Notes: generated by a model from the letters alone, not told the origin. A DNA stretch of 64,000 nt from Spirochaetia bacterium (GCA_963677925.2 CAXXYH010000003.1:1280001-1344000); one strand, 5' to 3'; positions 19,672-29,902 are shown, counted from the first letter of the stretch. Numbers and translations are program-made.

Positions 19672-20106
19672 TTAGCCGATGGCTTCCAGTTCTTTTTTAA
19701 TACTTGCAGGAATAAGAAAACGTGAGAAAAATCTTGCCAGTCCTTCACCGTAATTATTAACAAAGCTTGCTGCAGCTTCTTCAAGTGTAATTGCAGTGTG
19801 TTTTTCCCTCAGGTAGTTCCAGTGGTCAGTGATTGCAAGAACAAGATCACCAAGTGTCTGATTGGGGAAAGCTGCTTTGATTTCCCATGTGTTTATTGCA
19901 ACTCTTAAGGGGTGAAGTACATTTTCATGCCATGAAAAAAGAGCTTCATGCCAGGCAATTACTGTACCGAGTTCTTTCTCAAGCTCTGCCTTGTGTTCTT
20001 CAGCCTGAGCACCAAGAGCATTCCATCGCTCTTCATTACTTACCTGTATACCTTCACTGAGAAGCATTCTCTTCAGATTCTCTACTACAGATTTCTTTTC
20101 TTCCAT
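19672..20106 (-). CDS. Small helical protein resembling a stand-alone DUF4032-like domain
   Basis: SWHENVLHP...AFPNQTLGDLVLAITDHWNYLREK resembles DUF4032 C-termini from memory; AAGGAG SD. Confidence 0.5.
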   Translation of the reverse strand: MEEKKSVVENLKRMLLSEGIQVSNEERWNALGAQAEEHKAELEKELGTVIAWHEALFSWHENVLHPLRVAINTWEIKAAFPNQTLGDLVLAITDHWNYLREKHTAITLEEAAASFVNNYGEGLARFFSRFLIPASIKKELEAIG

Positions 20107-20356
20107 ATTGTAACTCCTTACTAAGAAGATTTATTCTTATCGATAAAATACTACTTTTTTATAAAAGTATCAAGTATTTTTGAAAAAAATTACAAATTTT
20201 TTCTTGACAAATACTCTATTTCCCCCTCCCTTGATAAAATACCTCATTTGTTTAAAAAAATACAGTGTTTTTAGTGAAATTGCACAATTTTTCATACAAT
20301 TTTAATAAAAAACCTCAATAACATAAAGCTGTGTTATAATGACGCCGGAGTAAGAC

Positions 20357-21928
20357 TTGATGTATCGACTGATTCTTGTTGATGATGAGGCCATAATCAG
20401 AGAGGGAATTTCCAGCTGTGTTCCATGGGGAAGCAATGGTTTTGAGCTTGCCGGACTATTTGAACACGGGGAACAGGCCCTTGAATTCCTTGAACACAGC
20501 CATGCTGATATTGTAATTACTGATATTAACATGCCCCGAATGGACGGACTCCAGCTCAGCCGTATTATTTCAGAACGCTACCCTAAAATCATGGTACTGC
20601 TTCTTTCAGGGTACGATGATTTTGAATACGCGCAGGAAGCCCTGAAAAATCAGGTGCGTGATTTCCTGTTAAAACCCATAACAGCCGGAGAACTCAATGA
20701 GGTGCTTAAAAGAGTACAAGCCGAGCTCGATCTGAACAGGGAAAATGAACGTCAGCAGGAAATCATGCAGGAGCGGCTGGAAAAAAGCTTCCCGCTGCTG
20801 CGTGAAAGATTTCTTTACAGGCTGGTATCAGGCAGACTCAGCAGGGAAAACTTCCTCCGCAGAAAAGACTTCTTCCAGTGGAATGACAGCCAGGCCTACT
20901 ATCAGGTCTCAATAATCAGTATTCCGCAAAGCTGGGATGATATTGATACGCTTACACTCTCGGAATACCTTAAATCCAGAGCAAGAATAGAAGACGAAGT
21001 ATTTTCAAACCGTGAAGAGGATATAGTACTGCTGCTTCAGGACTCCGATGAAAAAGCATTAAGCAGCCGGGCAGTTGAAATTGCAGAGGAAGCATTCAGA
21101 TATACATCAAATCTTGAAAAGGATCAAATATCCGCTGGAATCGGCGAGGTTGTAAACTCGCCCTACATGCTTCATGCCTCATACAGAGGAGCAGGTTCCG
21201 CCCTTGACTACTCCAGAGTCCTTGGAGTTTCACAGATCATGTCCATTAACGATGTGAGGGATAAAAAGCATATATCACTCGAGGGTTTTAATACAATTGC
21301 GCGGGAACTGACAGCATCCCTGCGTACCGGCAGCGATGATTCAGCTGCAGGCATACTGAGTGACATCTTCAGTTTCTTTGAGACTCACTATCTCACTATG
21401 TCGGAGGCCTCAAGCTACCTTACAAGGCTCCACTACCTGCTGACGCAGTTTCTGGAAGAAATGGATATGCTTCCTGCGGCAAACAGTGAACCGCTTTTCA
21501 ACCCACCCGGAAGCTTCGGCTCACTTCAGCAGGCAAAAAGTTATTTTTTCAGGGTTCTCAGAAAAATCGAGGAAATCATTCAGGTAAGAAGACATGACGC
21601 TGTCCTTTCCAGAATAGACAGGGCAAGGCATATAATTGCTGAAAAATATAAAGATCCGCGCTTTTCACTCAAAGACATATGTGACGAGCTTTACCTCTCA
21701 ACCAGTCAGTTCAGTTTACTTTTCAAGGAAGGAACCGGACAGACCTTTGTTGAATTTCTGACCGCCTACCGGGTTGAACAGGCCAAAAAGCTTCTAAAGG
21801 CTACCGACTTGAAGGGCTATGAGGTTGCAGAGCAGACAGGATTCTCGGATCCCAGGTATTTCTCAATAGTATTTAAAAAACTCACCGGGCTTACAGCAAT
21901 GGAATACCGCAAGGGAGTTGATAAATGA
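20357..21928 (+). CDS. YesN-type response regulator (REC + AraC HTH)
   Basis: LVDDE, ITDINMPRMDG, FLLKP; C-terminal FSLLFKEGTG...GFSDPRYFSIVFKK. Confidence 0.92.
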   Translation: MMYRLILVDDEAIIREGISSCVPWGSNGFELAGLFEHGEQALEFLEHSHADIVITDINMPRMDGLQLSRIISERYPKIMVLLLSGYDDFEYAQEALKNQVRDFLLKPITAGELNEVLKRVQAELDLNRENERQQEIMQERLEKSFPLLRERFLYRLVSGRLSRENFLRRKDFFQWNDSQAYYQVSIISIPQSWDDIDTLTLSEYLKSRARIEDEVFSNREEDIVLLLQDSDEKALSSRAVEIAEEAFRYTSNLEKDQISAGIGEVVNSPYMLHASYRGAGSALDYSRVLGVSQIMSINDVRDKKHISLEGFNTIARELTASLRTGSDDSAAGILSDIFSFFETHYLTMSEASSYLTRLHYLLTQFLEEMDMLPAANSEPLFNPPGSFGSLQQAKSYFFRVLRKIEEIIQVRRHDAVLSRIDRARHIIAEKYKDPRFSLKDICDELYLSTSQFSLLFKEGTGQTFVEFLTAYRVEQAKKLLKATDLKGYEVAEQTGFSDPRYFSIVFKKLTGLTAMEYRKGVDK

Positions 21929-23709
21929 AAAAGCCCTGGGGCTTCGGTACCCTTCAGTCAAGGATCTATACAATATTCACAATCATCATTTTTTCGGCCG
22001 TTTTTATAATGCAGCTGGTGGCATTCCGTTTTACAGTTAATACTGTAAGAAACTCAGTACTCGATAATAATGAAGCCCTTCTTGAACAGCTTGTAACACA
22101 GATTGACTCATATATAGGAGATACCGAAAAACTTGCCCAGGTCATTATCGATGACGAGCAGATTCAAAGTTATTTGAAAACTGAACCGTCAGAATCAGAA
22201 GAAACCGCCAGGAGTCTGCAGAACCGTCTGGCCGACTACATCAGAGCAAGAGGCGATATTTCAGAAATACTGATAATAGGAAATAACGGACAGATACTCA
22301 GCGGAGAACCTGATGCTGAAATAAACCCCTGGGTTACTATAGAAGAACAAAGCTGGTACAAAGCGGCACTGGAACAGGAAGGACATACAGTTGTCTCGAC
22401 TTCCTATGTTCAGAACATAATTAAGCAGCGTTACACCTGGGTGGTATCACTTAGCCATACTATAAATTCATCAGAGACAGGTGAATTCCTTGGAGTCCTG
22501 CTGCTGGATCTGAAGTTCAACCGGATAGATGAATACTGCCGCTCCCTTGTAGTTGGAAGCAAGAGCTATGATTTTATACTGGATGCTGATGGAAACTATG
22601 TATTTCACCCGATGCAGCAGCTTGTCTACAGTGAAATCCGCTCGGAACCCATATCAGAGATAATTAAACTGTCGAAAGATCCGGACGACAAAATGTTCTT
22701 TGATGGAGAACATTATTTCACACTTGCAAGCTCTGAGCTGACAGGCTGGCATATAATCAATGTGACCTATCATAGCGATCTTACTACCGACTGGAGGAAT
22801 GTACAGCTTTCCTACTCGCTTATAGGCCTTGCCCTGTTTGTTCTCGGAGGACTTGCAACAAATAGAATATCATCAGGAATTTCCAAACCGGTACGAAAAC
22901 TGCAGAACATAATGAAAAGCGTCGATTCCGGCGATTTCCACCTTATCGGTAAAATTGAAGGTACCGATGAAATACGCGAACTGGCACGCGAATACGATAT
23001 TATGGTCAGCCGTATCCGGGAGCTTATGGCACAGAATACCAGAGAGCAGGATCAGAAGCGGAAAAGTGATCTGAAAGCTCTTCAGGCTCAGATTAACCCG
23101 CATTTTCTTTACAACACCCTCGATTCAATTATCTGGATGGGTGAAATGGGGCAGAACCGGGAGGTTGTTCAGATGACCTCTGCCCTGTCAAAACTATTCC
23201 GGATATCTATCAGCAAGGGCCGTGAAATTATCACGATTAATGAAGAAATTGCACATGTTCAGTCTTATCTTACTATTCAGGAAATGCGTTACAAGGATAA
23301 ATTCCGATACCTTATTGATATAGATCCGGCTATTCATGAACTGCTGATTCTGAAAATAACCCTTCAGCCGCTTGTAGAGAACGCCATTTATCACGGAATA
23401 AAGGAAGTAGACAGGCAGGGTTTTATCAGTATTACCGGACATGTCGAAGATGATTTAATTATACTGACAGTCACTGACAACGGTCGGGGTATGGATGAAA
23501 AAGAACTACAGGAACTTGTGAGAGGCATAGAGGCCGCCGGTGAAGAACCGGTTCAGCTTTCCAGGCAGGGAATGGGCGTGCGAAATGTGCATGAGAGGAT
23601 TAAGCTGTATTTCGGCGAAGATTACGGATTGTCATTCAGCAGCGAACCGGGGATGGGCACCAGCATAACAGTCAGGATTCCGGACCACATTGAGGAGTTT
23701 GATTTATGA
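21925..23709 (+). CDS. YesM-type sensor histidine kinase
   Basis: ALQAQINPHFLYNTLD, LQPLVENAIYHG, DNGRG; Cache and HAMP domains. Confidence 0.93.
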   Translation: MKKPWGFGTLQSRIYTIFTIIIFSAVFIMQLVAFRFTVNTVRNSVLDNNEALLEQLVTQIDSYIGDTEKLAQVIIDDEQIQSYLKTEPSESEETARSLQNRLADYIRARGDISEILIIGNNGQILSGEPDAEINPWVTIEEQSWYKAALEQEGHTVVSTSYVQNIIKQRYTWVVSLSHTINSSETGEFLGVLLLDLKFNRIDEYCRSLVVGSKSYDFILDADGNYVFHPMQQLVYSEIRSEPISEIIKLSKDPDDKMFFDGEHYFTLASSELTGWHIINVTYHSDLTTDWRNVQLSYSLIGLALFVLGGLATNRISSGISKPVRKLQNIMKSVDSGDFHLIGKIEGTDEIRELAREYDIMVSRIRELMAQNTREQDQKRKSDLKALQAQINPHFLYNTLDSIIWMGEMGQNREVVQMTSALSKLFRISISKGREIITINEEIAHVQSYLTIQEMRYKDKFRYLIDIDPAIHELLILKITLQPLVENAIYHGIKEVDRQGFISITGHVEDDLIILTVTDNGRGMDEKELQELVRGIEAAGEEPVQLSRQGMGVRNVHERIKLYFGEDYGLSFSSEPGMGTSITVRIPDHIEEFDL

Positions 23710-24692
23710 AAAACTGGTTTATGCTGTTTATCAGTCTCATTGCTGGACTCATACTTTTCATCATCCTTTCAGTTTTTTATGTGAAAGCTGCGCCCGGTGA
23801 ACTATCTCTCGAAAAACCGGTTCAGATAATTATCAAATCAATTGAAGGCCAGCCAATGGACTTCTGGAATGTAGTAGAAAGGGGCATCAATCAGGCCGCC
23901 AGAGAATACGGTATTGATGTTGAAATATCCGGACCAAAGTATGAGAAGGATATAGATGTTCAGATAAGCATACTTAATGATGTGATCGACAAAGATCCGC
24001 CTATGATAATTCTGGCAGCAACAGATTATAAGAGATTCGTAGAACCTGTAACCAGGGCAAACAACCTGAATATTCCAGTCATTACACTGGATTCGGGAAT
24101 AGATTCAGGAATACCTGCATCATTCATTGCGACTGATAATCTCGAAGCCGGAAAGAAAGCCGGACGGGAAATAAAACGGCTTATTGCAGATAGTGAGAAT
24201 AAAGGGATCGCAATAGTCAGCCATATCCGGGAAACAGCGACCGCTATCGACAGGGAGGCCGGGGTCCGGTCTGCACTTGAAGGCCAGAAAATAATAGGAA
24301 CATGGTTCTGCGATGTCATGCAGGAAAAGGCCTACAGAATAACACTTGAGCTTTTAAAAAATGAGGAGCTCGGCGGCATAGTCGCCCTTAACGAAGTTGC
24401 CGCCCTCGGTGTAGCCAGAGCCATAGAAGAAACAGGAAGCAAGGACAGAGTTATAGTAGTAGGTTTTGACAATGCTATCAGGGAACTGTCATACCTTGAA
24501 GAAGGTGTCATAAAAGCAACTGTGGTTCAGCGCCCCTACAACATGGGCTACCTGTCGGTAAAGACCGCAGCCGAATACCTGCTTGGCAATCCCGTTCCTG
24601 ACTTTATAGACACCGGCTCTGTACTTATAACACGTGAGAACATGTTTCAGCGTGAATACCAGGAATTATTGTACCCTTTCAGCACCAGATAG
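23706..24692 (+). CDS. Periplasmic sugar-binding protein (RbsB-like), probably the sensory partner of YesM
   Basis: DFWNVVERG, IATDNLEAG, VVGFD, VVQRPYNMGY; translationally coupled to the kinase. Confidence 0.88.
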   Translation: MKNWFMLFISLIAGLILFIILSVFYVKAAPGELSLEKPVQIIIKSIEGQPMDFWNVVERGINQAAREYGIDVEISGPKYEKDIDVQISILNDVIDKDPPMIILAATDYKRFVEPVTRANNLNIPVITLDSGIDSGIPASFIATDNLEAGKKAGREIKRLIADSENKGIAIVSHIRETATAIDREAGVRSALEGQKIIGTWFCDVMQEKAYRITLELLKNEELGGIVALNEVAALGVARAIEETGSKDRVIVVGFDNAIRELSYLEEGVIKATVVQRPYNMGYLSVKTAAEYLLGNPVPDFIDTGSVLITRENMFQREYQELLYPFSTR

Positions 24693-24693
24693 G

Positions 24694-24725
24694 AAAATCT
24701 TCAACAAAATCCGTAAATTTCTCGA
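24694..24725 (+). promoter_or_regulatory. Candidate AraC/YesN tandem binding site
   Basis: AAAATCTTCAA (24694) and AAATTTCTCGA (24715), 21 bp apart, upstream of a GATAAT -10-like box. Confidence 0.35.
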
Positions 24726-24786
24726 TTTCGCGATCCTTATTCTGCCCTGATAATTTAATTAACCAATAAATAAGGAGACGCTAGTC

Positions 24787-26292
24787 GTGAGAGAAACAGT
24801 ACTCTCCATGAAGAATATTGAGAAGCGTTTTACCGGTGTTCATGCCCTCAAGGGGGTAAACTTCGACCTGCGCGAAGGTGAGATTCATGCCCTTGTAGGG
24901 GAGAACGGAGCCGGAAAATCCACTCTCATGAAAGCACTGACCGGGATATTCCCCAAAGACTCAGGAGAAATCCATTACCTGGGAAAACTATACAACCCGG
25001 CAAGCCCCAAAGAAGCCCTTGAAAAAGGCATCGGCATCATCCATCAGGAACTTAATATGATGGAAGAGCTCACTGTAGCCCAGAACATCTTTATAGGAAG
25101 GGAATCAACCAGGGGCATCTTCCTCAGCGAAAAAAAACAGAATCAGAGAACCCTTGAATTATTCAACCGATTGAATATGGATATAGATCCTACAATTACC
25201 CTTGGCAGACTTACAGTAGGCAAGCAGCAGATGGTAGAGATTGCCAAGGCTGTATCGCATGATCTCAAGATTCTTATTCTTGATGAGCCGACCGCAGCGC
25301 TTACAGAAACAGAGATCAACGACCTTTTCACCATAATGAGAGATCTGGCTTCGAAAGGAGTTGCCATGATTTACATCTCACACAGAATGGATGAAATCGG
25401 TGTGATAACCGACCGTGTCACCGTAATGCGTGACGGTGAGTATGTCGGGACAAAGGATACTCCGGATGTAACTAAGGAAGAAATCATCAACATGATGGTA
25501 GGCCGTGTTATCTATGAGGATCCTAAGTCTGAAAGCAATGTACCTGAAGGTTCTCCGGTAGTTCTTGAGGTCAAGAACCTGAGCGCCGGCAGAATGGTCA
25601 AGGATGTTTCCTTTACATTGAAAAAAGGCGAGATACTCGGTTTTGCCGGCCTCATGGGAGCGGGAAGAACAGAGACAGCCCGTGCAATCTTCGGGGCAGA
25701 TCATATAGACAGCGGAAGTATTCTCATTAACGGCCGTCCGGCAAGAATAAAAACCCCGATGGATGCTGTCGGACACGGAATCGGCTACCTGAGCGAGGAC
25801 AGAAAACGCTACGGGCTCGCCGTCGGAATGAATGTGACAGACAATTCAATAATTGCATCATATGAAAAATACGAGCGAGGACTCTTCATCCACAAGAAAA
25901 AGGTTGAAGAAGTTGTCGGAGACTACGTATCAAAGCTGAAAGTTAAAACTCCAAGCCTTGATCAGCTGCTTAAAAACCTATCAGGCGGAAACCAGCAGAA
26001 AGTAGTTATTGCAAAATGGCTTATCAGAAACAGCGATATTCTGATATTCGATGAGCCTACCAGGGGAATTGATGTCGGTGCAAAAAGTGAAATATATACC
26101 CTTATTAATACCCTGGCCAAGGAAGGAAAATCGATCATCATGATCTCTTCCGAACTGACTGAAGTTCTTAGAATGAGCGACAGAATTATGGTCATGTGTG
26201 AGGGCAAAATTACAGGCGAGCTGGATATAGAAGATGCATCCCAGGAAAAAATCATGCACTACGCGACAATGAGAAATCAGGAGAGTAAATAA
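24787..26292 (+). CDS. Sugar ABC transporter ATPase (RbsA/MglA type)
   Basis: Duplicated NBD: GENGAGKST, LSGGNQQK, DEPTRGIDVGAK. Confidence 0.95.
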   Translation: MRETVLSMKNIEKRFTGVHALKGVNFDLREGEIHALVGENGAGKSTLMKALTGIFPKDSGEIHYLGKLYNPASPKEALEKGIGIIHQELNMMEELTVAQNIFIGRESTRGIFLSEKKQNQRTLELFNRLNMDIDPTITLGRLTVGKQQMVEIAKAVSHDLKILILDEPTAALTETEINDLFTIMRDLASKGVAMIYISHRMDEIGVITDRVTVMRDGEYVGTKDTPDVTKEEIINMMVGRVIYEDPKSESNVPEGSPVVLEVKNLSAGRMVKDVSFTLKKGEILGFAGLMGAGRTETARAIFGADHIDSGSILINGRPARIKTPMDAVGHGIGYLSEDRKRYGLAVGMNVTDNSIIASYEKYERGLFIHKKKVEEVVGDYVSKLKVKTPSLDQLLKNLSGGNQQKVVIAKWLIRNSDILIFDEPTRGIDVGAKSEIYTLINTLAKEGKSIIMISSELTEVLRMSDRIMVMCEGKITGELDIEDASQEKIMHYATMRNQESK

Positions 26293-27536
26293 TGGAATCA
26301 CTCGATAACAAAACAATGCTGGAGAGGATGAAAGAAGTCGGAATGCAGAAATTTCTGGCACCGGCAGCCCTTATAATTCTTTATGTCTTTTTCGGGCTCT
26401 TCGGTAGAAACTTCTTTTCATACACAACACTGGTAAACATCCTTGATTCATCCTATTACATTGGTTTCATTTCAATCGGTGTAACTTTTGTAATAATCAC
26501 CGGAGGAATAGACCTTTCCTGCGGAACTGTAATGATGTGTGCGGCAATTATCGGCGGAACTGCATATAAAACCTGGGGCTGGCCGATGTGGGCGGCTCTG
26601 ATTCTGATAATGATCATTGCAACGGGTTTCGGATTCTTCAACGGTTTCATGGTTTCAAGCCTGAATCTTCCGCCCTTTATTGCAACCCTTGGAACAATGA
26701 TGATTTCAATGGGTGTCGGTTCAATAGTGTCGAATGTTAGAAGTGCGACCTTCCCTACCCGTTCAAATGCTGACGGATGGTTCAAGAATCTGTTCAAGTA
26801 TATTACCGAAGACCGTTTTTCAATACCGACGGGAGCAATAATCCTGTTCGGTGTCGCGATACTGGCCTTTATTATTCTTTCCAAAACAAAGATGGGCAGG
26901 TACATCTTTGCCATAGGCAGCAACAAGGAAGCTGCCAGACTTTCCGGTGTAAACGTTAAGAAATGGGAAATGATGGCCTATGTTGTAAGCGGAGTAAGCG
27001 CGGGTATAGGCGGTATCGCATTCGCTGCTGTTTATACAACAGTTATGCCTGCACAGGGCCAGGGCTTTGAGCTCTACGCTATTGCCGGTGCGGTTATTGG
27101 CGGAACATCACTCTCCGGAGGAATCGGTTCAGTCTTCGGCACAATGATCGGTGTATATATTATGAGTGTACTCAGAGCTGGCCTTCCGTCAATGGATCTG
27201 CAGGCCCACTACCAGACCTTCTTTACCGGTGTTGTCGTAATCGGAGCTGTACTGCTTGATATCTACCGCAACAAGAAAGCTTCTGAGGTAAAGATCCTGA
27301 CTCCTGCCGATACATACAAGCTGCAGATGCAGGAAACAATTTCCGACCTGAAAAAACAGCTGTCATCAGCATCAGGAGCTCAGGCTGAAAAACTTAAAAA
27401 AGAAATAGCAGATGCAAAGACTCAGCTTAGTGCCAACTTTGCAAAAATGAAGGCTGAAGAGAAGGCTGAAAAAGCAAAACTTATAGCCGAAGAAAAAGCT
27501 GCTGAAAGAGAATTCCAGCAGCAGAAAGAACAGTGA
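26292..27536 (+). CDS. Sugar ABC permease (RbsC-like) with a long charged C-terminal tail
   Basis: ITGGIDLS, PFIATLG, GRYIFAIGSNKEAARLSG, AVIGGTSLSGG. Confidence 0.92.
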   Translation: MESLDNKTMLERMKEVGMQKFLAPAALIILYVFFGLFGRNFFSYTTLVNILDSSYYIGFISIGVTFVIITGGIDLSCGTVMMCAAIIGGTAYKTWGWPMWAALILIMIIATGFGFFNGFMVSSLNLPPFIATLGTMMISMGVGSIVSNVRSATFPTRSNADGWFKNLFKYITEDRFSIPTGAIILFGVAILAFIILSKTKMGRYIFAIGSNKEAARLSGVNVKKWEMMAYVVSGVSAGIGGIAFAAVYTTVMPAQGQGFELYAIAGAVIGGTSLSGGIGSVFGTMIGVYIMSVLRAGLPSMDLQAHYQTFFTGVVVIGAVLLDIYRNKKASEVKILTPADTYKLQMQETISDLKKQLSSASGAQAEKLKKEIADAKTQLSANFAKMKAEEKAEKAKLIAEEKAAEREFQQQKEQ

Positions 27537-27539
27537 ATT

Positions 27540-27594
27540 ATCCCGGATAACGGGATTCACCCGAGTATTCGGGGATAGACTCGCGTATGCGGGT
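27540..27594 (+). repeat. Three tandem short inverted repeats in the permease-SBP intergenic region
   Basis: ATCCCG-GATAA-CGGGAT; CCCGA-GTAT-TCGGG; ACTCGC-GTAT-GCGGGT. Confidence 0.7.
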
Positions 27595-27613
27595 TAATTA
27601 TAGGAGGACTTTT

Positions 27614-28738
27614 ATGAAAATTTTCAAAAGAGCTGGAATTCTGGTTCTACTGGCAGTAGTTCTTGCAGCTTTCTCCACAGTTTCCTGTAAAAAGGATGAC
27701 GGGGGCGGTGAAGCAAAGGCAGCCAAGGCTGAAACTCCGTACATAGCGGTCGTTTCAAAAGGTGAACAGCATGATTTCTGGCAGCAGGTTAAGAAGGGAG
27801 CAAATGCAGCTGCAGACAAGTACGGTGTTGATATTACTTTTGAAGGACCACCTTCAGAAAGCGATGTTCAGATCCAGGTAGAAATGCTCAATAACGCAAT
27901 GGCTAAGAATCCTGTAGCTATAGCCCTTGCCGCACTTGATACCACATCTGTAATGGACCAGCTTCAGCAGTGCAAGGATAACGGAATTCCTGTAATAGGT
28001 TTTGACTCCGGTGTTCCTAATGCTCCGGCAGGTGCTATTTATGCTAACGCTTCAACAGACAACTACAATGCAGCTGGAATGGCCGCAAAGAAGATGTTTG
28101 AAGTTATCGGCGACAAAATCAAGGCAGCAACCGATGCAAGTCCTGTAACTATCGTAGTTATGAACCAGGATGCAGCCGGTGAATCACTCCTCTCCAGAGG
28201 TAAGGGATTCAGAGATACCATGGTTGATCTCATTATCAACAATACAGATCTCACTGCAGACGACATTAAAGTTATGGGTAACCCCGCCTATGTTGATTCA
28301 AAGAATCCAACCAAGGGTAAAAAGGTTATGATAGATATGGTTGTTCCTGCTTCAGCAGCAGCAACTGATGCAGCAGCAGCTTCTACAGCAGTTCTGAACA
28401 AAGTAAAAGAAGCCAATATAGTTGGTGTATTCTGTTCAAACGAAGCTACTGTAAAGGGTATTCTTGCAGCAACAAACGATGGTGCAGATCTTCCTGCAAT
28501 GTATGAAGGTCTTGTGGTTATCGGCTTTGATGCCGGTGAAGGCCAGAAAAATGCAGTTAGAAACCAGTACTTCCTCGGTTCAATCACCCAGGATCCGTAC
28601 TCAATCGGCTACAAGGCAGTTGAACTTGCTTTCACAGCATACCAGGGCAAATCCGTATCTGATGTAGATACAGGGGCCAAGTTCTATACTAAGGACAATA
28701 TGGATGATGCTGATATTGAAGGTCTTCTTTACGACTGA
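27614..28738 (+). CDS. Sugar ABC substrate-binding lipoprotein
   Basis: Lipobox STVSC; HDFWQQVKKG, VIGFDSG, ITQDPYSIGY; AGGAGG SD. Confidence 0.92.
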   Translation: MKIFKRAGILVLLAVVLAAFSTVSCKKDDGGGEAKAAKAETPYIAVVSKGEQHDFWQQVKKGANAAADKYGVDITFEGPPSESDVQIQVEMLNNAMAKNPVAIALAALDTTSVMDQLQQCKDNGIPVIGFDSGVPNAPAGAIYANASTDNYNAAGMAAKKMFEVIGDKIKAATDASPVTIVVMNQDAAGESLLSRGKGFRDTMVDLIINNTDLTADDIKVMGNPAYVDSKNPTKGKKVMIDMVVPASAAATDAAAASTAVLNKVKEANIVGVFCSNEATVKGILAATNDGADLPAMYEGLVVIGFDAGEGQKNAVRNQYFLGSITQDPYSIGYKAVELAFTAYQGKSVSDVDTGAKFYTKDNMDDADIEGLLYD

Positions 28739-28781
28739 TTTTTCAGCAGCCCGGTTTATCTGATATAATCCGGAAGAATAT

Positions 28782-28822
28782 AAATGGCTGGCCGGGAATA
28801 ACACCTGACCAGCCATTTTTTT
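28782..28822 (+). terminator. Intrinsic terminator of the sugar ABC operon
   Basis: AAATGGCTGG...CCAGCCATTT followed by a T-run. Confidence 0.8.
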
Positions 28823-28846
28823 GTATGAAAAACAGGATATAAAGCG

Positions 28847-29902
28847 CTACTCCGCTCTGTAAACATATACAGTTATAACGGCATCCGGGTTATCCGGATC
28901 TTCGGCATAAATATCTTCGAGCACTCCGCTCATAATAATCTTTGCTTCCCCGTCAACTGAACAGTCATCCAGAGTGTCAGCATGATCGGCCCAGGCTGAG
29001 GCACTTGCAGAACTTCTTATAACCTTGATTTCATCAGGCTCAACTTCAAATGAATAGTCCACTGAGGATGGAACAGTAATTGAAGTATCTCCTACCGATG
29101 CTGAGCCCGCAAATTCACCGTCGCTGGCGGATGTATCACCATCTACTCCATCGTTCACATCCATGCTTCTGCTTAACACCGCATGCCCTGCAACTTCATA
29201 TCCTGCCTCAGCGCCGTCCAGCTGCAGATATTCAACCCTTGATTCACCATAGGGGCCGAGATATGTATCCCAGACAGCAACTGAAAATCCGACCGAAGCA
29301 CCGGCCTGTGCGTCAAAGGCTTCATCACCCTCATTGCTGATGGTAAATTTTACAAAGCCGCTTATGCTTAGACTTCCGGAAAACTGTATACGGGTAGTCG
29401 CAGACTTGTTTGATACGGCTCTAATTATAAGATCGTTACGGGCATGTCCTGAATTACTGCAGTCAAAGTCGGAAGAGAGACCGCTTTTTGTAGATGATTC
29501 CTGAGAAGCATAGAGCGCCATAGCTCCGACGGCGTTAATTTCCGAAGTTGCCTTGATAATGCACGAATTATAGTTTACGTCCTCATAGTTAGAGCCGGAA
29601 GCAAGTGAATCTCCGCCGTCCGAAAGCGTAAGAGAGGTATCGTTCCAAATGGTGTCACTTGGTGAATAGCTTTTTGCGTAGATATAGGTATCATACGGAT
29701 TGTCCTTCCAGTTTTCATGGAGTTCACCGGTAAACACGACATTATATCCGCTGGTGTCCGTCGGACTTGTTGTCCCGGTACTGCTGCTGTCAGTATCAGC
29801 GCCGTCCGGTGAGGTGACGGCATTTGGGTCACAGCCTGTAATAACCGTCAGGCTGCCTGCTAAAAGAAGTAAACTTAAAATAAATGAAACCCGTTTTGTC
29901 AT
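28847..29902 (-). CDS. Hypothetical acidic Ser/Thr/Asp-rich lipoprotein
   Basis: Signal peptide with lipobox VITGC, S/T linker, beta-rich acidic body; CAGGAG SD. Confidence 0.7.
   Translation of the reverse strand: MTKRVSFILSLLLLAGSLTVITGCDPNAVTSPDGADTDSSSTGTTSPTDTSGYNVVFTGELHENWKDNPYDTYIYAKSYSPSDTIWNDTSLTLSDGGDSLASGSNYEDVNYNSCIIKATSEINAVGAMALYASQESSTKSGLSSDFDCSNSGHARNDLIIRAVSNKSATTRIQFSGSLSISGFVKFTISNEGDEAFDAQAGASVGFSVAVWDTYLGPYGESRVEYLQLDGAEAGYEVAGHAVLSRSMDVNDGVDGDTSASDGEFAGSASVGDTSITVPSSVDYSFEVEPDEIKVIRSSASASAWADHADTLDDCSVDGEAKIIMSGVLEDIYAEDPDNPDAVITVYVYRAE

Noticed and set aside
20135-20165. Possible sigma-28 promoter for the 19672-20106 gene (TAAA...TCGATAAG)
   Set aside because: The spacer is about two bases too short.
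27540-27594. Short repeats considered as a mini-CRISPR or IS ends
   Set aside because: The units are ~15 bp and degenerate, with 3-5 nt gaps; no cas or transposase genes are present.
28350-28392. GCA-rich trinucleotide run
   Set aside because: It simply encodes the Ala-rich helix ASAAATDAAAASTA of the binding protein.
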